Shown one piece after another: positions 1 to 21,812 of a DNA stretch of 64,000 nucleotides. Source of the DNA: Eledone cirrhosa. Taxonomy: Eukaryota. The stretch lies in assembly GCA_964016885.1 (NCBI GenBank), contig OZ024741.1:150040001-150104000 (forward strand), read 5' to 3'. Position numbers and translations under genes: made by a program. A model generated the notes under the pieces. That model saw nothing but the letters and a program-made list of their open reading frames with translations. It made no database searches and was not told the origin of the DNA. Position 1 is the first letter of the stretch. Each line of letters begins with the position of its first letter.

Positions 1-1785
1 ACCATAGTGGCTCGCGAGTTTCGTGGATGAACGTCTGTCCGAGTACCTGAAAGTAGACTGGTGGTTCAGGAAGCGTTCCTTAAATCGGCCCTCCGTCGTA
101 CCCACATAGGATTTGACCTCCTGTGGTTGATTTGGTCGGTTGGAAGTGACCACAGCTTCATAAACTACAGCAGGGTGTTGCATTGCTGTTGAAGGGATCA
201 GCTTCGGGCTTACGGCAAGAGCACCCTGGTGGGGTGTTGCTCTTAGGGCTGTTGGTGATGTGGGGCTTCATGTTCTTAGCGCAGGAGTATCCTAGTTTTA
301 CTTTGTGTCGGTTAAAGATGGAGCGGTATTTATGACCTATGCGAAAGTGTCTATCTAAGAGGGTTAGAAATTGTTTGCCTACATTGGTTTTAACGTTGAG
401 TGAGAAGGGAGGAGAGAACCAGATAGTTTGTCTATTGTTACGCTTTCTTTTCTTATTGCTGTTGTTGTTAGTGGGAGAGTAAGTGATAGGTTGCGAGAAG
501 CCGCTGTTAGCTAACGCCGTGTTATGTAGGGTGCCGCTCTATCAAAGATAGCCTTATTAGAGGAGAGGTTTGAGATTCTAGTACTGATATTATTTACGAA
601 GTTTCTAATAACAGTGGGAGGGTGGCAGGAGTCCTTGTGAATGTAATTGAGTTTTTCGTTAAGCTTATGGAAGGGTCTGTAAGTGTGTTTGCGAAGGTCT
701 AAATTAATGTCTAAGAAATCTACGCTAGAGAGGTTGGTAACTACTGTTATCCTAAGTCCTAACTCATTGAAGGTAGAAGCTAAGTCTTTTTTAAACCGGT
801 CGAGGTCGTGACCACTTTTATGGCTCGATAAGGTCAGTCTATCGTGTGGAAGTTCGGGAATCTAATACGTAATATGTCTAAAATAAATAGGCCAACCAAG
901 TCGCATACGTCAGCACTGTCAAACGATCCCATGGAGACGTCGAATAGGTCTGAAGTTGTTGACTTCTTTGCCCAGGCTACTCCGTTGTTTAAGAGGAGGG
1001 TTTTCCGGCAGTGAGCGATGATTTCCCTGTCTAAACCATCGACGGTAGTGTAAGTGGTAGCAAAGTCCAACGCTTTGTTTAACAGGGTCTCTGATATCGA
1101 CGGGTAAAAATCAACAATGTCAAACTGTAAATTTCGCTTTTTTGGATTTGAAGGAGTTAAACCACTTAATTACGGAGTCGCTGTTCTCCCACTGGGGCAG
1201 ATTGGACTTGGTCCTAATGGTCTTAACTATGTTTCTAAGTATGGCTTTACTGACTAGTCCCATATCTGTGCGTGCCTGGTTTAGTAGTCTACACGTGGGG
1301 TTAGAAGTAAAGTCTACCTTGTGATCTTTCAGGATGAGGAACGCCTCCCGCTTAGCTAGAGATTGTAGCTTCTTATCTACCCTAAGGGCGGCGGCAAGTT
1401 CTTTGGCTTCTGTATCAATGTCGCGGTAGGCCATAGGGTTAGCTTTCTTATATTTGGAAGTAATAGAGTTATGGGCCAAGTGGCTGTAAGTGGTGTTGTG
1501 GACTTCGTAAATATTATTAGTTTTGTCGGAAAGAACGAAAGTGTTATTAGAAGACCTAAATTTCTTAATATCATTTCTGAGTTTCGTTTGAAAGGTGTTA
1601 GGGTGTTTGCGAAAGGAAATGTTAGCGACTATGTCAAGAAGGTCCGCCTCGAAAGTAGCAAGTTCAGTTACCTTAGGAGGGTAGCCTCTCGATTTCAGGT
1701 TGAAGGTGTTACTGGTGTCTGTAATTTTGCCGTCAAAAGCTAGGGCTCTCCATCTTAAGCGTCTGACGACATCGTCCGCTTTTTG
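1..1785 (-). mobile_element. Degenerate Naiad-type Penelope-like element (RT, C-rich linker, GIY-YIG endonuclease), running off the window start
   Basis: Minus-strand translation across frameshifts: VRRLRWRA, SDKTNNIY, LKDHKVDF..CRLLN, QFDIVDFYPSIS, FDVSMGSFDSADVCDLVG, VDFLDINLDL, WFSPPFS, CSCRK, VYEAV..SYVGTTEGRFKERFLNHQSTF. Frameshifts near 1125, 845 and 530; the YRDD region is damaged. Confidence 0.88.
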
Positions 1786-1906
1786 TATATATATATATAT
1801 ATAGGGGTATAAAATATACGGAAGTGAAAACCAACCCAAACCAAACAGTGAGTGTGTTTTATTATATATTTCTGGCAATATTATAACAATGACCTTCCCC
1901 AAATAT

Positions 1907-1967
<61 letters not shown>

Positions 1968-2638
1968 ATATATATATTGACATAACTATTATCATCTTAT
2001 ATTCTCTCAACTAATCACATTTGATCATATTTCTCTATCCCGTTTTCTCCCCCCATAATTATAATATTTTAATTTTTATTTGAAAACATCGGTTTTTTTA
2101 CATTGTGTGTTCCCCTCCAAATATTCGCTTATATTTCTTTATATATTCTCTATATATTTTTTTACATATATATTTTTTTACATATATATTTTTTTATCTT
2201 TATTATTTCCACTCTTATCCTCCTTTATATTTTACCTTATTCTTACTTTTATACCTTATTATAGTGTAATCTCCCCCATGCCTTATTATACATTATTAAT
2301 TATAGATTATTATTATTACTCTTCTTCCATTTCTAATTACCTCATGTACTTTCTCCTCCGTTATATATATATATATATATATTGTATGCCCTTTGTATTT
2401 GTGTAGCCTCTGCACACCCTCTGCACCATACTATCGACGCCACCCCATCTATAGTTCAGCTAACCACTCGACTCCCGGGAATGAATATGACCGCAGCTAG
2501 TAAACAAGGACCCACACCCCACCCTCCCGCACCAAAATTAGACTTATCGTCCCCTACTTTTGCTCTTTACTCTCTTTACTCTTTGTTCTTGAATGTTTGG
2601 TTGGTAGAGTCCATAACACCAATCGAACCCCTTTTATA

Positions 2639-2683
2639 GCTCTGACGAATCCTACGGTTACGTAAGGAAGAAACATTGTAAGC
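2639..2683 (+). ncRNA. Minimal type I hammerhead ribozyme (family A) in a pLTR-like remnant
   Basis: GCT-CTGACGA-a-TCC TACG gtta CGTA a GGA-a-GAAA-CATTG-TA-AGC, followed by AATAAA at 2685. Confidence 0.7.
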
Positions 2684-2725
2684 CAATAAAAATCTTTTGA
2701 TGTTGTAGACGCTCTTGTGTTCTTT

Positions 2726-2759
<34 letters not shown>

Positions 2760-2764
<5 letters not shown>

Positions 2765-3166
2765 AGATCAAAAGATGGTTAAATGAGTTCCATGTATTTT
2801 ATTATGCGCATTTCAAAAACAAATATCATCATGCAATAACATTTGTGTTTTCATCAGATAAAATAGGAAGACATGATATAAAGGTTAAAAACACTTGTGG
2901 ATAGTGCAGTTTTAAATCAACATATCAACTGCACTACCCACAAGTGTTTTTAACCTTCATATCATGTCTTCCTATTTTATCTGATGAAAACACAAATGTT
3001 ATTGCATGATGATATTTGTTTTTGAAATGCGCATAATAAAATACATGGAACTCATTTAACCATCTTTTGATCTTATATATTATGTATACTCCAGTCCTAC
3101 AAACTGTAGAGTGCTTCTTATCCGATATCTGCATTGCTTTATTGTACTACAATAAAACTCACCTCC

Positions 3167-3170
<4 letters not shown>
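2760..3170. repeat. Fold-back (inverted) pLTR-like unit, family B; further copies at 10090-10497, 12302-12691 and partial 27203-27332
   Basis: 2762-2910 is the reverse complement of 2926-3077. The same sequence recurs four times, each embedded in (TA)n. Confidence 0.85.
2974..3042 (+). ncRNA. Type I hammerhead ribozyme, family B (other copies: 2796-2864 -, 10145-10213 -, 10303-10371 +, 12339-12407 -, 12497-12565 +, damaged 27233-27295 +)
   Basis: Stem I ATTTTAT/ATAAAAT; CTGATGA; long GU-rich stem II ACAAATGTTATT/GATGATATTTGT; GAAA; palindromic stem III ATGCGCAT; predicted cleavage after UA. Confidence 0.85.
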
Positions 3171-3227
<57 letters not shown>

Positions 3228-3229
3228 CG

Positions 3230-3830
3230 TTTCTGAATTTGTTTAGCAAGATTCTTTATCTGAAAACGTGTGTTGAAACCGATATTGTTATACTTTGGGA
3301 GGGTCATGTTGCCAATAAGAAACACACGCACCAGATGCTTTCACTCCAAGTTATTATAAATTAAATTTATAAATTTAGGAATTTATAAATTTCCGGTTGG
3401 TTGGTTGGTTCCACAACCAGACGATTGTTCATATATTGTCAAAGTTCTTTCGTCACACATTCTGTGATCTCTTCAAACAAACAAACAAACAAACAAATAA
3501 ATAAACAAATATAAACACACACAGACACCCGGATGTAAAACATGCGCAAACTAAGCACACAACACACACAAAAACAAGATGGCGTAGGACAGAACAAAGG
3601 AGAGGCACAAAAGCAAAAAAACTAATCCCCAGTCACTGAAGAGGTCACATAATGTGTGACGAAAGAACTTTGACAATATATGAACAATCGTCTGGTTGTG
3701 GAACCAACAAACCAACCGGAAATTTATAAATTCCAAAATTTATAAATTTAATTTATAATAAATTGAAGTGAAAGCAACTGCTGCGTGTGTTTCTTATTGG
3801 CAACATGACCCTCCCAAAGCATAAAAAAAA
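3230..3830. repeat. Fold-back derivative of the family E pLTR (related to the 3' end of the PLE at 5640-8620)
   Basis: 3292-3474 is inverted relative to 3638-3817. It shares the ttatacttgggagggtcat end and the HHR with other family E copies. Confidence 0.75.
3632..3674 (+). ncRNA. Type I hammerhead ribozyme, family E (other copies: 8371-8411 +, 15807-15846 -, 20206-20247 +, 21037-21078 +, 43374-43416 -, 55844-55886 - mutated, 63916-63958 +, partial 3437-3474 -)
   Basis: GTCA-CTGAAGA-g-GTCACA taatg TGTGAC-GAAA-GAAC-TT-TGAC. Copies vary N7 (A/C/T) and show compensatory stem II change (GTCACA/TGTGAC vs GTTGCA/TGCAAC). Confidence 0.8.
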
Positions 3831-3834
3831 ATAT

Positions 3835-3925
<91 letters not shown>

Positions 3926-3929
3926 CATT

Positions 3930-4409
<480 letters not shown>

Positions 4410-5042
4410 GTATATATATATTATGTTTAGACAACAGAACGTGTGTATAAGATACAGGAGTCCTGTCGAATTTATGACAGTATTTAATTAGCTCAATGCT
4501 TGAAAACAGAGCCGTTATATCATCGCTTTATCTGGCTCCCGCTATATCTGACTCTGCCTACATCATTCACTTTTGTTGATATTATTCTTAAACTGTCACC
4601 TCTGAAATCCTTTACTGTATACAACTACATTTATTTCCATTTATTTGCATTGCTTATATAATGTGTTATCTTTTATGTTTAATTTTTATTTTTATCTTTA
4701 TTTTTATCACCTCCTATTTTTATTCTCATATTTTATTCTCATTTTTATTTTTATCATTTTTTAATAATTTTCTTATATTATCATCACTTTATTGTTATCT
4801 TTATTTTATCCTTTCTTCTAGACTCTACCCTTTACGTTTTATCTCTTATCTTTAATTTCCTTATCTTTTATTTTTCCTTATCTTTAATTATTGTAACTGA
4901 TTTTGTCTTATATGTATTGGCTTCTAGCGGTGACGCGTCGTTCAAGCACCCCACTCTTCTTAGTCCTCTCTGCTACATATGGATCGTTCTTGTGATATAG
5001 GTCGGTAGAGTTTATACTATTGACCTAATTCCTCTTTATAAC

Positions 5043-5087
5043 GCTCTGATGAGTCCTGCAATTATGCAAGGACGAAGCACTGTCAGC
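5043..5087 (+). ncRNA. Type I hammerhead ribozyme (family A-like), A15.1 replaced by G
   Basis: GCT-CTGATGA-GTCC TGCA atta TGCA a GGAC-GAAG-CACTG-TC-AGC-AAATAAA. Same architecture as 2639, with covarying stem II. Confidence 0.72.
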
Positions 5088-5161
5088 AAATAAAGATTAA
5101 TTGATGATGCAAGCGATCTTTGTTTTTGTTTCACGGACGTGTTTTGAAACTCTAAATGAGG

Positions 5162-5257
5162 TATCCTCTTGATAAGTCGGCAAACCACACAAAAATACTG
5201 CATCTCTATGATGTAATGTTTTTGCATAATAGCCACGAAACTACGTAGTCGAGGATA
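5162..5257 (+). ncRNA. Type I hammerhead ribozyme with U3-A8 core (family D)
   Basis: Stem I TATCCTC/GAGGATA; core TTGATAA; extended stem II (GT-c-GGC...GCC-AC with an inner hairpin); GAAA; palindromic stem III ACTACGTAGT; GUC triplet. Confidence 0.8.
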
Positions 5258-5322
5258 ATGAAGGAATTTAGGTATATTATATCTTTTTATTTATATCTAA
5301 TGTTTCTTCTTTCTTTATAATG

Positions 5323-5413
<91 letters not shown>

Positions 5414-5445
5414 TATACATATATATATATGCACATATATATAAC

Positions 5446-5630
5446 TGTTTCTACGTTAGGCACAAGGCCAGCAATTACCCAGTACATTACTGGTACTTTA
5501 TTTTATCGACCCCGTAAGGATGAAAGTCAAAGTTAACCTTGGCGGGATTTGAACTCAGAATGGCAAGGGCCGTAACTCTCTGTGTCAAAGCATGGCGTCC
5601 GACCCTCTACCGATACTGCCAATCCACCGC
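5446..5630 (-). mobile_element. tRNA-derived SINE with Nin-like core
   Basis: Reverse complement of the 13688-13870 SINE (A box, B box GAGTTCAAATCC, core CTTTCATCCTTACGGGGTCGATAAAAT). Confidence 0.85.
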
Positions 5631-5639
5631 AACGGCGAT

Positions 5640-13680
<8,041 letters not shown>

Positions 13681-13687
13681 ATTATGA

Positions 13688-13870
13688 TGGCGGTGGATTG
13701 GCAGTATCGGTAGACGGTCGGCGCCATGCTTTCCACCATAGTTACGTGCCTTTACGATCTGAGTTCAAATCCCGCCGAGGTTCACTTTGCCTTTCATCCT
13801 TACGGGGTCGATAAAATAACGTACCAGTAATGCACTGGATAATTGCTGGCCTTGTGCCTAAAGTAGAAAC
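13688..13870 (+). mobile_element. tRNA-derived SINE with Nin-like core (cephalopod family)
   Basis: A box TGGCAGTATCGG, B box GAGTTCAAATCC, core GCCTTTCATCCTTACGGGGTCGATAAAATAACGTACCA, 3' end GGCCTTGTGCCTAAAGTAGAAAC. Confidence 0.85.
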
Positions 13871-13885
13871 AGTTATATATATATT

Positions 13886-13918
<33 letters not shown>

Positions 13919-13919
<1 letters not shown>

Positions 13920-15060
13920 AACGTTTGAATTTGTAAAGCCAAAACAATGCAGGTATGGACATAGAATAAAAAATGCAAATGCAAAAGATATTGTTGACAA
14001 TTAGTCTTTTACCTTAGATTTATTTAAATGACCTTAATTTTCGAGATAATATCTCCTCTTCGTAGGGAAGTAAAGCGGTTAAGCCAGTGTTCTTACCATC
14101 CGACAAAGGTAAAGAGTTTTGCGTCATCTCTCAAGCGACATACAACAACCTAGCCTTTGAACACCTAAGCGACAATAAACTATATACAGAGATCCCGGAC
14201 ATGACTGCAGCCCAGATCGAAAAACAGACCAACTCCATCTGGTTTGATATCTGTAGGATGCACCGACGCTAGAGACCGAGACACACAGACCACACATTTC
14301 CTGGAAGTACTCAAACTGAACGGATACACGACATCGACCACAAACCGTACCAGAAAGAACAGAGGACACCACACCCGAGGCACTAACACTTGCTTCCTGA
14401 AGCTCCCACACTTCAGTGACGAAACAACAACAGCCATCCGCAGAGCTATCAGACGAGAGGGACTAGATATCCAACTGGCCCACTCAGGACCTTCTCTACG
14501 CGGACAGCTAACCAAAAGACACTCCACCAGACATGACAACCGCTGCAGGCGAGCCAACTGCCCCATCAACGACACAGACCTATGCCACCAGGCTTACGTC
14601 GTATACAGACTAGAGTGCGAAAAATGCAACAACTTCTACGTAGGTAGCACCACCAGACCACTCCACATAAGAATAAAAGAACACCTCAATAATAACGCTT
14701 CCTCATTTAAGAAACAGCTAGTGAAATGCAAAAAACACCGACAAAACCATAACAGTTAGGATAGAAACTAAGGAAAGAAACCTCGGCAATCTTAGAATTA
14801 AGGAAGCACTAATTGTAGACAAAACACAACCACCAATTAATAATAGACTAGAACTCAACACCCAATTTATAACTTGATGGTGCATCTAGCCCATACTTAC
14901 ACCCCCTCCCAAACACACGCGCACACACACACACGCACGCACACAGACACACACGCTTACACCTCCACTTATTCTCTCACACACACACACATACACACAC
15001 AAAGACCAGTTCTAACAAGAGAGTACATCTATCCACCACATTTACGTATAGACATATCTT

Positions 15061-15149
<89 letters not shown>

Positions 15150-15525
15150 TTACACATTCACGCATTCTCCCATACACTTAAACAGACATGTACAAAAAAA
15201 CATTTTAAAGGGAGACTACTCTTTATCCACCTAACCATAACTCTTTGACATTAGAGATTGAACAGATACTCTATACCATTTCCTGTCAGCATGACTTGGC
15301 AAGCTTTTTAGAACACTGGTTTAACCGCTTTACTTCCCTCTGAAGAAGAGATATTATCTCGAAAATTAAGGACATTTAAATAAATCTAAGGTAAAAGACT
15401 AATTGTCAACAATATCTTTTGCATTTGCATTTTTTATTCTATGTCCATACCTGCATTTTTTTGGCTTTACAAATTCAAACGTTTATACCTCATTACACAA
15501 TGTTTCAAGTGAACTATAACTTCCT

Positions 15526-15530
<5 letters not shown>
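13919..15530 (+). mobile_element. Internally deleted Penelope-like element with inverted pLTRs
   Basis: 13919-14093 is the reverse complement of 15310-15484. FLPSDKGKEF is fused at ~14255 directly to LKLNGY, then VVYRLECEKCNNFYVGSTTRPLHIRIKEH (GIY-YIG); the RT core is missing. Confidence 0.88.
15337..15371 (+). ncRNA. Ultra-minimal hammerhead (family F); mutated inverted copy at 14032-14066
   Basis: CCT-CTGAAGA-a-GAGAT att ATCTC-GAAA-AT-TA-AGG; stem III is reduced to the palindrome AATT. Confidence 0.7.
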
Positions 15531-15607
<77 letters not shown>

Positions 15608-15613
<6 letters not shown>

Positions 15614-16172
15614 ATATTTGGGGAAGGTCATTGTTATAATATTGCCAGAAATATATAATAAAACACATTCACTGTTTGGTTTGGGTTGGTTTTCACTTCC
15701 GTATATTTTATACCCCTATAGTTAATTTAGCTGGCAATCAATGTTTATCATTGATTGACCAACAATTAAAAATATAGATATAAATAATATATATATATAT
15801 AATCTCTCAAAGTTCTTTCATCACACACCTGTGACATCATCAGTGATACTATTATGTTTCCTCCTGTTGTATTGTAATGTTTACTTAGTCTATTATTCAT
15901 TTATTTATTTACTATTGTCTTTGTTTGCGCATGCGTTTGTGTGCGTGTTATCTGTTTGTTGTGTGTTTCTGCCTGAGTCTGTGTGTTTGTATTCTATCTT
16001 TGGTCACTAGTGTTTGTTTATGTGTGGCTGTTGTTATTGTATTTGTGTATACTTATTTATATTTATCTTAGGTCACTATTGTGTGTTTGTGTATGGTTGT
16101 TGTTGTTGTTGTTATTCCATTCATTTTTTCTCTTCGGTTTTCTTAGTTCTATTTCAGTTGCAACTGAAATAG
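15608..16172 (-). mobile_element. Solo pLTR / 3' end of PLE family E
   Basis: Homologous to 7990-8617 (EIELR..RKNEWNNNN tail, HHR at 15807-15846); a partial copy lies at 1800-1912. Confidence 0.8.
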
Positions 16173-16221
16173 AATGCCGGGGTTACACTGTATATATATA
16201 TATACATACACACACATACCT

Positions 16222-16374
<153 letters not shown>

Positions 16375-17010
16375 CAAATAACGAAACGAAATTAAATTTC
16401 GTTTCGTTTGTAACTCACTTTTGTATGACTGACGCTTAAACAATTAAGTTAAAAATGTACATCCACATATGTATACTGAAATACTAGTATGCATATGAAT
16501 ACACACACGTATACATATGTAGATGTACCGAGTTTTTCACTGGTCACTTTACTGTGAGTGTACAGCTATTCTGTATGTAAATACACAGACAAACCGGTTT
16601 TTAGAGTCATACTGGTTTTTGAGGAAACACCTTTCCTCTATTCTCCAGAAAGCCAGACAAGGAATATTGAACTAGTTTCGATGTTGTTACATCTCATCAG
16701 CAATATTTACCTATCTTCCGGCCTCTCTAGAGAATCGTAAAAGCACATATCGTTATATGCTTTTTCTATGAAAATTAGTAGTGGGCAGACTAATTTGCAT
16801 AGAGCGTGAGTACGTACCGGTTCAACGGAGACGATAAAAACAAATAACGAAACGAAATTAAATTTCAGTATACATATGTGGATGTACAATTTTTAACTTA
16901 ATTGTTTAAGCGTCAGTCATACAAAAGTGAGTTACAAACGAAACGAAATTTAATTTCGTTTCGTTATTTGTTTTTATCGTCTCCGTTGAACCGGTACGTA
17001 CTCACGCTCT

Positions 17011-17058
17011 ATGCAAATTAGTCTGCCCACTACTAATTTTCATAGAAAAAGCATATAA
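17011..17058 (+). promoter_or_regulatory. Candidate snRNA-type external promoter (octamer ATGCAAAT, conserved TAAT.TTCATA box, TATA)
   Basis: Motifs and spacing are conserved with 22045-22092 in a diverged unit; function is inferred. Confidence 0.45.
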
Positions 17059-17103
17059 CGATATGTGCTTTTACGATTCTCTAGAGAGGCCGGAAGATAG
17101 GTA

Positions 17104-17148
17104 AATATTGCTGATGAGATGTAACAACATCGAAACTAGTTCAATATT
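17104..17148 (+). ncRNA. Type I hammerhead ribozyme (family G); inverted copy at 16663-16707
   Basis: AATATTG-CTGATGA-GATGT aaca ACATC-GAAA-CTAG-TT-CAATATT; palindromic stem III ACTAGT. Confidence 0.92.
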
Positions 17149-17366
17149 CCTTGTCTGGCTTTCTGGAGAATAGAGGAAAGGTGTTTCCTCAAAAACCAGT
17201 ATGAGTCTAAAAACCGGTTTGTCTGTGTATTTACATACAGAATAGCTGGACACTCACAGTAAAGTGACCAGTGAAAAACTCGGTACATCTACATATGTAT
17301 ACGTGTGTGTATTCATATGCATACTAGTATTTCAGTATACATATGTGGATGTACATTTTTAACTTA

Positions 17367-17441
<75 letters not shown>

Positions 17442-17482
17442 CACATATATATTTACATATAAATATATATTTATATATATAT

Positions 17483-17526
<44 letters not shown>

Positions 17527-17641
17527 GTAAATATATATATATATATGTAAATATATATATATATATATATATATGTGTAAATATATATATATATATATAT
17601 GTAAATATATATATATATGTAAATATATATATATATATATG

Positions 17642-17722
<81 letters not shown>

Positions 17723-17864
17723 AGTATATGTTGGTTGTATACCAACACCCCAGTATGCAGGCTGGAGCACTCGACGAAGTGCGCAGGTTGGTTTGGTTAC
17801 TCCGGAGTAATGTAAAATAAAGTTAAATAAAAAGTCAAATGTTTAAAATTTAGCTTCGTTTATT

Positions 17865-17919
17865 ACTGCTATATATATTTCAGTGACAGCCATCTTTGGC
17901 TGTGACCTCTTCAGGCAGT
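17865..17919 (-). ncRNA. Type I hammerhead ribozyme (family H)
   Basis: Minus strand ACTGC-CTGAAGA-GGT c ACAGCCA aaga TGGCTGT c ACT-GAAA-TATATA-TA-GCAGT, followed by AATAAA. Confidence 0.85.
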
Positions 17920-18337
17920 TTGAATTAGTATGGTATAGACAAGTACATATGTTGTTGAGGTGTATAATTTTGTCAATACTCTGATATGCCCAGTTCCTGG
18001 TTGGGTTGTTATTTTACTGAGGAACTGGAATCATATGAATTCAAACAAACGAATTTCAGTGTCAAAGGGCCTCTTCTCCTCTCATTGGTCAGTTATTAGA
18101 ACATTCCTCATTCTACGTGTTGTTATTGTTGGAATTAGCTTAAAAAATTGATAAAGTGGTAGAAGGGACAAGGTGTTAAAGGAACAAAATAACAAAAAAA
18201 GTGTCAAGCTTCCCATTGGTCAGTTCTGAGAGCATTCCTCAGTCAGAAGTCTATAGAATTCTTTCTGGGGTGAGGCTCCCTATAGTGTTTGTCTTTGCTA
18301 TTGTTAAGTACATTTGACCTCTACCATTATTTTGGTA

Positions 18338-19480
18338 ATGAATGGCGATGGTTGTACCAGCGGTCTTTAAAGCTCGTTGGTGTGGCTCCTATGTAGAGGT
18401 GTTCGGAGTTGGGGGGTTTTAACCCTACAACCGTATACTAGGTTCATTGTAGGGTTGTAGGGTTAAAACCCCCAACTCCTAACACCTCTACATAGGAGCC
18501 ACATCAACGAGCTTTAAAGACCGCTGGTACAACCATCGCTATTCATTCAATAAGGAGGCCAAAAGGAAAAGCACGGCTCTCTCCGACCTGATCTGGAAGC
18601 TTAAGCTGGACAGGACCCCATACTCTCTGGCCTGGTACATAATCAGAAAAGTACCACCCGATAAAGGGGGATCTTGCATATGCAAACTATGCCTGAACGA
18701 GACCCTCGAGATACTAAGAGGTGGAAGCGGCCTGATAAACCTCAGAACCGACTTCTTCGGGACATGCAGACACCTTAGAGCTGGGACCTTCCTCAAGTTA
18801 TATGGACAGTAGCAACACAAGAAGATGTGAACTCCCCTCAAGCTATAGGGACTTCTACAGAACATGTAAACACCTCTCGGCCAGACCTCCCTCAAGCTAT
18901 ATGGGCAGTAACAACACCCTAGATTGTGAACTCCCCTCAAGCCACAGGGAACAACCCAGGCTGAGCAGACACCATGATAGCCTAGAGATTGAATCGGACA
19001 CAGCCATTATAATTTGGCCAACATCTATATAACACAAACACTTTTTAATTTACTTGATTTCTGATTTTCAAGTTCCAATTTTAAATCTTAATTTCTCTTT
19101 ATTAATTTGTTATTTGTTTTCTGCGCTCTTCACTGTATCACCTTATATTTATTTTTAAGTTGAGATTGATTATAACACAAACACATTTTGTTTGATTATC
19201 TTATTTTAACATCTTGTCCCTCATACCAAACTATCAAACATATTTCTGACCTTGAGATTGGTTATAGCACGCACACACTTTATCCTACATTATTTTTCGC
19301 TTCTCCATATTCATTTTCATTACTTTTTCACCAATTTTTCATTTATTCTTTATTCTTTATTCTTTATTCTTTATTCTCTATTTATTTATTTTCAAATTAT
19401 ACAAATTATATTAATTATTTTATTATATTATTTATTTTCTGTTCTCTTCATTTATTGCCTTATATTTTTTCATATACATG
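18338..19480 (+). mobile_element. 3' fragment of a Naiad-type PLE (GIY-YIG C-terminus) with 5' fold-back and T-rich 3' region
   Basis: LYIGATSTSFKDRWYNHRYSF..STALSDLIWKLK..CKLCLNETLEI..TCRH. 18338-18433 is inverted relative to 18452-18548. Short CTCCCTCAAGCTATAGG-like repeats at 18790-18950. Confidence 0.85.
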
Positions 19481-19644
19481 GAAGAACCCACCACCACCAC
19501 CACCACCACCACCACCACCACCACTACCACCACCACCACCACTATGAGAGATGGTGTCAGGAGGGATGAAGAAAAAACACACACAGGATACTTCTAAATT
19601 GTTAGCAGCAGCAATACATAAGCTGACCACAACACCAACAACAG

Positions 19645-21275
<1,631 letters not shown>

Positions 21276-21407
21276 CACATATATATATATGTAAATATAT
21301 ATAAATATATATATATATATATATGTAAATATATATATATATATATATATATGTAAATATATATATATATATGTAAATATATATATATATATGTAAATAT
21401 ATATATG

Positions 21408-21497
<90 letters not shown>

Positions 21498-21812
21498 CAT
21501 ATATATATATATTTACACACCCACATACACACACACATATATATAAAGGATATGATAGTTTTCATTTTTTTGTTGGTATTACCAGACTTGCTGAATGATT
21601 ATGTAACCGTTAATGAAATGCCAACTTACCGGATATGTCACTCAACATATATAATTGAATCCAGCGAGATATTATTCCAGGTGTTAATCCATGGCTATAT
21701 TTTCAGGTTCCAATAATTAACGGGTACATACAATTAATGTGTTAGGAAAAACATGCAAGACGTGATTAGAAAAAAATTTATTTAATTATATATTTTTACA
21801 TATGTTTCATTA

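Noticed and set aside
1786-2010. N-terminal extension of ORF 1120-2010
   Set aside because: It runs through (TA)n and a family E pLTR fragment, so it is not part of the Naiad protein
4441-4457. GTGTATAAGATACAG resembling a Tn5/Nextera mosaic end
   Set aside because: Mismatched and incomplete; plausible by chance in AT-rich DNA
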